A stretch of DNA of 51,280 nt, counting the filler, from Catajapyx aquilonaris (Eukaryota): assembly GCA_000934665.2 (NCBI GenBank). It is 2 parts of 2 records of this genome, joined end to end, with 100 filler letters (N's around TTAATTAATTAA, not from the genome) between each part and the next. Parts side by side here need not be neighbours in the genome. Positions count along the whole stretch, not along the records: positions 25,697 to 51,280 come from JYFJ02005333.1; 1 more part is not named here. One strand, given 5' to 3'. The notes beneath the pieces are model-generated. The model saw only the letters and a list, made by a program, of their open reading frames with translations, had not been told where the DNA came from and ran no database searches. Position numbers and translations under genes: made by a program. Shown piece after piece: positions 49,884 through 51,280 of the stretch (positions within the stretch are counted from its first letter, which is position 1; the number at the start of each line of letters is the position of its first letter).

Positions 49884-51280
49884 TTGTAAATATCTCTCAC
49901 TTTTGTGCGAAAACTTATGGAGATATTTGCATATCTGAACTGTCAATCACAGTAGAAGGATTTCGTGGTATGACAGTTGGACGTACCCATGCAGAAAACT
50001 GACTCGACCATCCGAACTCACTTTTGACTCAAATATGTCTCTGACCATTCTGCATTTCAGGTCTTAATTTGAGCGCGTCAGCATTCCTTCCCCACTTTCC
50101 GCGTCCCCCGTTTTAATTATCCTCATCATTAATGTTTTAAAAATGTGGTGGTCAGAAAGAATGCAGAACTTCCTAACGACCAATTACGGCATTGTCCATA
50201 CAGCCGAGTGTTAGCACTAAATCAGTTTGGAGAACATGGCGTGGGTTGAGGGGGTGGGGGTGTGTGAAAGAGCAGTGGAGTGTGGGAAAGGGAGCCAGAA
50301 TCCCGGACCAAACCTAGGCTACTACTGTATCTTCAATGAGAAGTGAAATGTGGCAGGTGGCACACAAAAAATTGAGTTGGGTAGAGGAGTTGAAATGCTG
50401 GTCAGTGAGTCGGTCAGGGTTTAGAGAAGCCAATTGAAGCTGATAAAGCGGAACCGAGAGCTACAGAAGCCAAAAAAAGGAGAGAATGCGCTACTTCCCC
50501 CCCNTTTCCCCCCCCCCCCCCCCAACCCTCAACGATGCTCTTTCAATCTGCCTTCAATCTTCCAAATTGGCTTTCTGTAGAAACGTGGAGCGAGAGCTGG
50601 CCAGGAATATATGCCCAATAACTGCTGTGGGAAGAACTTTTTGCCCCAATCTATATTTTTCTTGCAGGCATGTATGCGGATTTGCATTCATTTTTTATTG
50701 TAGGGTACAACGGTTTGCTGCTTGAGTAATATGAGGGGCCAACACTTATTGCGTAATACTCTGGAAGTTATCGGAAGAGCAACTTGTAGAGTTTATGGGC
50801 CCTTAATGATCTGCATAACCACAAGTGATTCGTCGTCAACAGCAATACCAGTGGCCAGACATAATAAAACATGGCCGCTTCTAAAAGTACCTCCCGCCCA
50901 CGTTCACAAAATATGATGTTCTGAATTTCTGCCGGGTGTTCAGGCTCTAAAACGGTAAACTTAAATGTATCCGTAGACTCAATGTAAAAATTTAAAAAAA
51001 AAAATTCTTCCAAGATCAAGCGATAAAAGAGAATTATTTCACACTGAAAATTTAAGTACTGTATTAGTAACTACTGAACTGAAATACTTTCACATTTATA
51101 AGCTACTGTACTTGTGGTGATTAGGCATTCAAATGGTATTTTTATACAACTATTAATAGTCCGGTCGAGAAACCGAAACCCGTGCGTTTTTTGAGGGGAC
51201 CTTTTTTTTATGATCGCAGATCATTTTTGACATCCTAAGGATGAAATTTAGCGTGGGAGCCATTTTTGTAATCTTGGCGT

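Overview
Eukaryotic genomic DNA, most likely arthropod and probably insect (inference from TTAGG repeats, tRNA-derived SINEs and mariner/Helitron/piggyBac-type elements). I recognise no intact host protein-coding gene, and nearly all ORFs in the supplied track look spurious. An artificial 100-nt spacer (44 N + TTAATTAATTAA + 44 N, 25597-25696) splits the window, so the two halves may not be truly adjacent. The sequence is dense in transposon debris: at least three tRNA-SINE families, many TA-, TTAA- and 8-bp-TSD MITEs with long foldback arms, fragments of mariner, hAT-Buster and LINE coding sequence, Helitron ends and CACTA-like TTAGG elements. The most notable items are: (1) a decayed, intron-containing minus-strand gene at ~27.85-30.1 kb whose motifs match, in order, a KDZ (Kyakuja-Dileera-Zisupton) transposase, next to unexplained plus-strand pseudo-exons; (2) a resolvable nested stack at 45.5-49.9 kb (hAT MITE > piggyBac-type palindrome > LINE with a 31-bp TSD, then hAT-Buster inserted on a Kolobok-like terminus); (3) covarying RNA hairpins across SINE copies; (4) an unclassified inverted repeat pair with block-like conservation. 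All family assignments come from motif recognition by eye, not database searches.
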